DNA from: an uncultured Verrucomicrobiota bacterium
Lineage (GTDB): Bacteria; Verrucomicrobiota; Verrucomicrobiia; Limisphaerales; UBA1096
Length of the DNA stretch: 57,287 nt
Assembly: GCA_913030945.1 (NCBI GenBank)
Contig: CAJWEP010000002.1
Span: 1 to 57,287 of the forward strand
Direction: 5' to 3'
Positions 56,164-57,287 of this stretch are shown piece by piece. Each line of letters opens with the position of its first letter. The stretch's first letter is position 1. The translations under genes and the position numbers were made by a program. The notes below the pieces were generated by a model that saw only the letters and a program-made list of their open reading frames with translations, did no database searches and was not told the origin of the DNA.

Positions 56164-57285
56164 TTACGTGTAACGGAGCACCTCTTCCACGGTCGTATCA
56201 CCATCGTGGATGCCACGCAAGCCATCTTGTCTCAGGGTGGTCATTCCCTGCTCAACGGCTTTTTGACGGACAACGATGGTTGGCGCAACTTGGTTGATTA
56301 ACTCCCGTATCTCGTCGTTAACCGTCAAAAACTCAAAAATACCGCGTCGGCCGGAATAACCGGTGTCGTGACATGATGAACAACCCCGACCGTAATGAAA
56401 CTGAGAGTCGCTCAAGTCAGAACGTTTCATACCCAGCTGTTCGATCTGTTTGTCGGTGGGGTCAAATGGACTACTGCATTTTTTGCAAATGGTCCGGATC
56501 AGACGCTGCGCAAGCACACACAATAGGGTTGAGGAGATGAGGAACGGTTCAACCCCCATGTCCAGCAAGCGGGTTACGGCACCCGCGGCGTCGTTGGTGT
56601 GCAGGGTACTAAGCACCAAGTGACCCGTTAGGGAGGCCTGAATGGATATCTGCGCGGTCTCAAGATCGCGCATTTCCCCAACCATGATAATGTCCGGGTC
56701 CTGGCGAAGGAAAGCCCGCAGGCCAGCCGCAAAAGTCATCCCGATCGCTTCCCTCACGGGAACCTGCATGATTCCGTCAATGTCGAACTCAACCGGATCC
56801 TCCACCGACAAAATCTTATCGCCGATGGAGTTCACCTCGTGAAGCGTGGAATAGAGGGTGGTGGTTTTTCCGCAACCGGTCGGCCCCGTTACGATAAAAA
56901 TGCCGTTGGGCGTTCTTGCGATTTCCCTGATCATGGTCAGCATGTCGTCCGGAAAACCAAGCGCATCCAAGTCCAGTTTGATGGCCTCGCGATCCAGCAC
57001 GCGCAACACGACGGATTCTCCAAACTGCGTCGGCAGACAGGACACACGAAGATCGATTTTGCGGCCGTCGGGCATGATGCGGGGAATGCGGCCGTCCTGC
57101 GGGCGACGGCGTTCGTCCGGCTTGAGATCCGCCATGACCTTGATGCGGCCCACCACGTTCGGTGCCAGGCTTTTCGGGGGACTTGTCAACTCATAGAGCG
57201 CCCCGTCCACACGGGCCCGAATCTTGAAATCATTCTCGAATGGCTCGAAATGAATATCACTGGCACGATCCCCGATGGCCGTCAC
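56164..57285 (-). CDS. type II secretion / type IV pilus assembly ATPase (GspE/PilB family), N-terminus outside window
   Basis: Walker [11 protein letters not shown], an Asp box, Walker B, a His box and a CxxC...CxxC tetracysteine motif. The ORF is open at the window edge. Confidence 0.9.
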   Translation of the reverse strand: MTAIGDRASDIHFEPFENDFKIRARVDGALYELTSPPKSLAPNVVGRIKVMADLKPDERRRPQDGRIPRIMPDGRKIDLRVSCLPTQFGESVVLRVLDREAIKLDLDALGFPDDMLTMIREIARTPNGIFIVTGPTGCGKTTTLYSTLHEVNSIGDKILSVEDPVEFDIDGIMQVPVREAIGMTFAAGLRAFLRQDPDIIMVGEMRDLETAQISIQASLTGHLVLSTLHTNDAAGAVTRLLDMGVEPFLISSTLLCVLAQRLIRTICKKCSSPFDPTDKQIEQLGMKRSDLSDSQFHYGRGCSSCHDTGYSGRRGIFEFLTVNDEIRELINQVAPTIVVRQKAVEQGMTTLRQDGLRGIHDGDTTVEEVLRYT

Positions 57286-57287
57286 CA

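Overview
GC-rich (GC not computed), densely coding chromosomal segment with about 52 protein genes, mostly on the minus strand, plus one tRNA-Asn. No rRNA, CRISPR array, transposase or integrase was seen. Gene content suggests a PVC-group, Verrucomicrobiota-like bacterium (inference): two formylglycine-type sulfatases, a prepilin-type protein with a DG-type tail, GH32 and TPR proteins. Most genes are housekeeping: grpE-dnaJ, htpG, valS, dapAB, hemL, truA, trmL, ruvX, cimA, gmk, yicC, glcDEF, an S41 tail-specific protease, an AbgT transporter, and T2SS/T4P-type ATPase and platform genes at the right edge. Most long ORFs in the track that lie antisense to these genes are GC-driven shadow ORFs. 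Three things stand out. (1) A highly iterated palindrome, core TTGGCCAA and full form CGCTTGGCCAAGCG, has at least 39 core copies and 11 perfect 14-mers. It lies inside unrelated genes and in spacers, uses only two of the three reading frames inside genes, and is absent from the first 8 kb. It behaves like a HIP1-like or uptake-sequence-like genomic word, and I do not recognise it as a described element. (2) A non-canonical ebo-like cluster (small ORF, EboB/TatD, EboE, EboC/UbiA) lacks eboD and eboF. It is followed on the same strand by a DUF4159 protein, a secreted ankyrin protein and a NodU/CmcH carbamoyltransferase. (3) Several tightly coupled operons contain uncharacterised members: HAD / unknown 371-aa protein / PfkB kinase; histidine kinase / sigma-54 regulator / Arg-rich membrane protein / squalene-phytoene synthase; and a 1178-aa possible PPi-type PEPCK whose 3' end runs antisense into tRNA-Asn. 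All functional calls come from reading motifs by eye; no searches were run.
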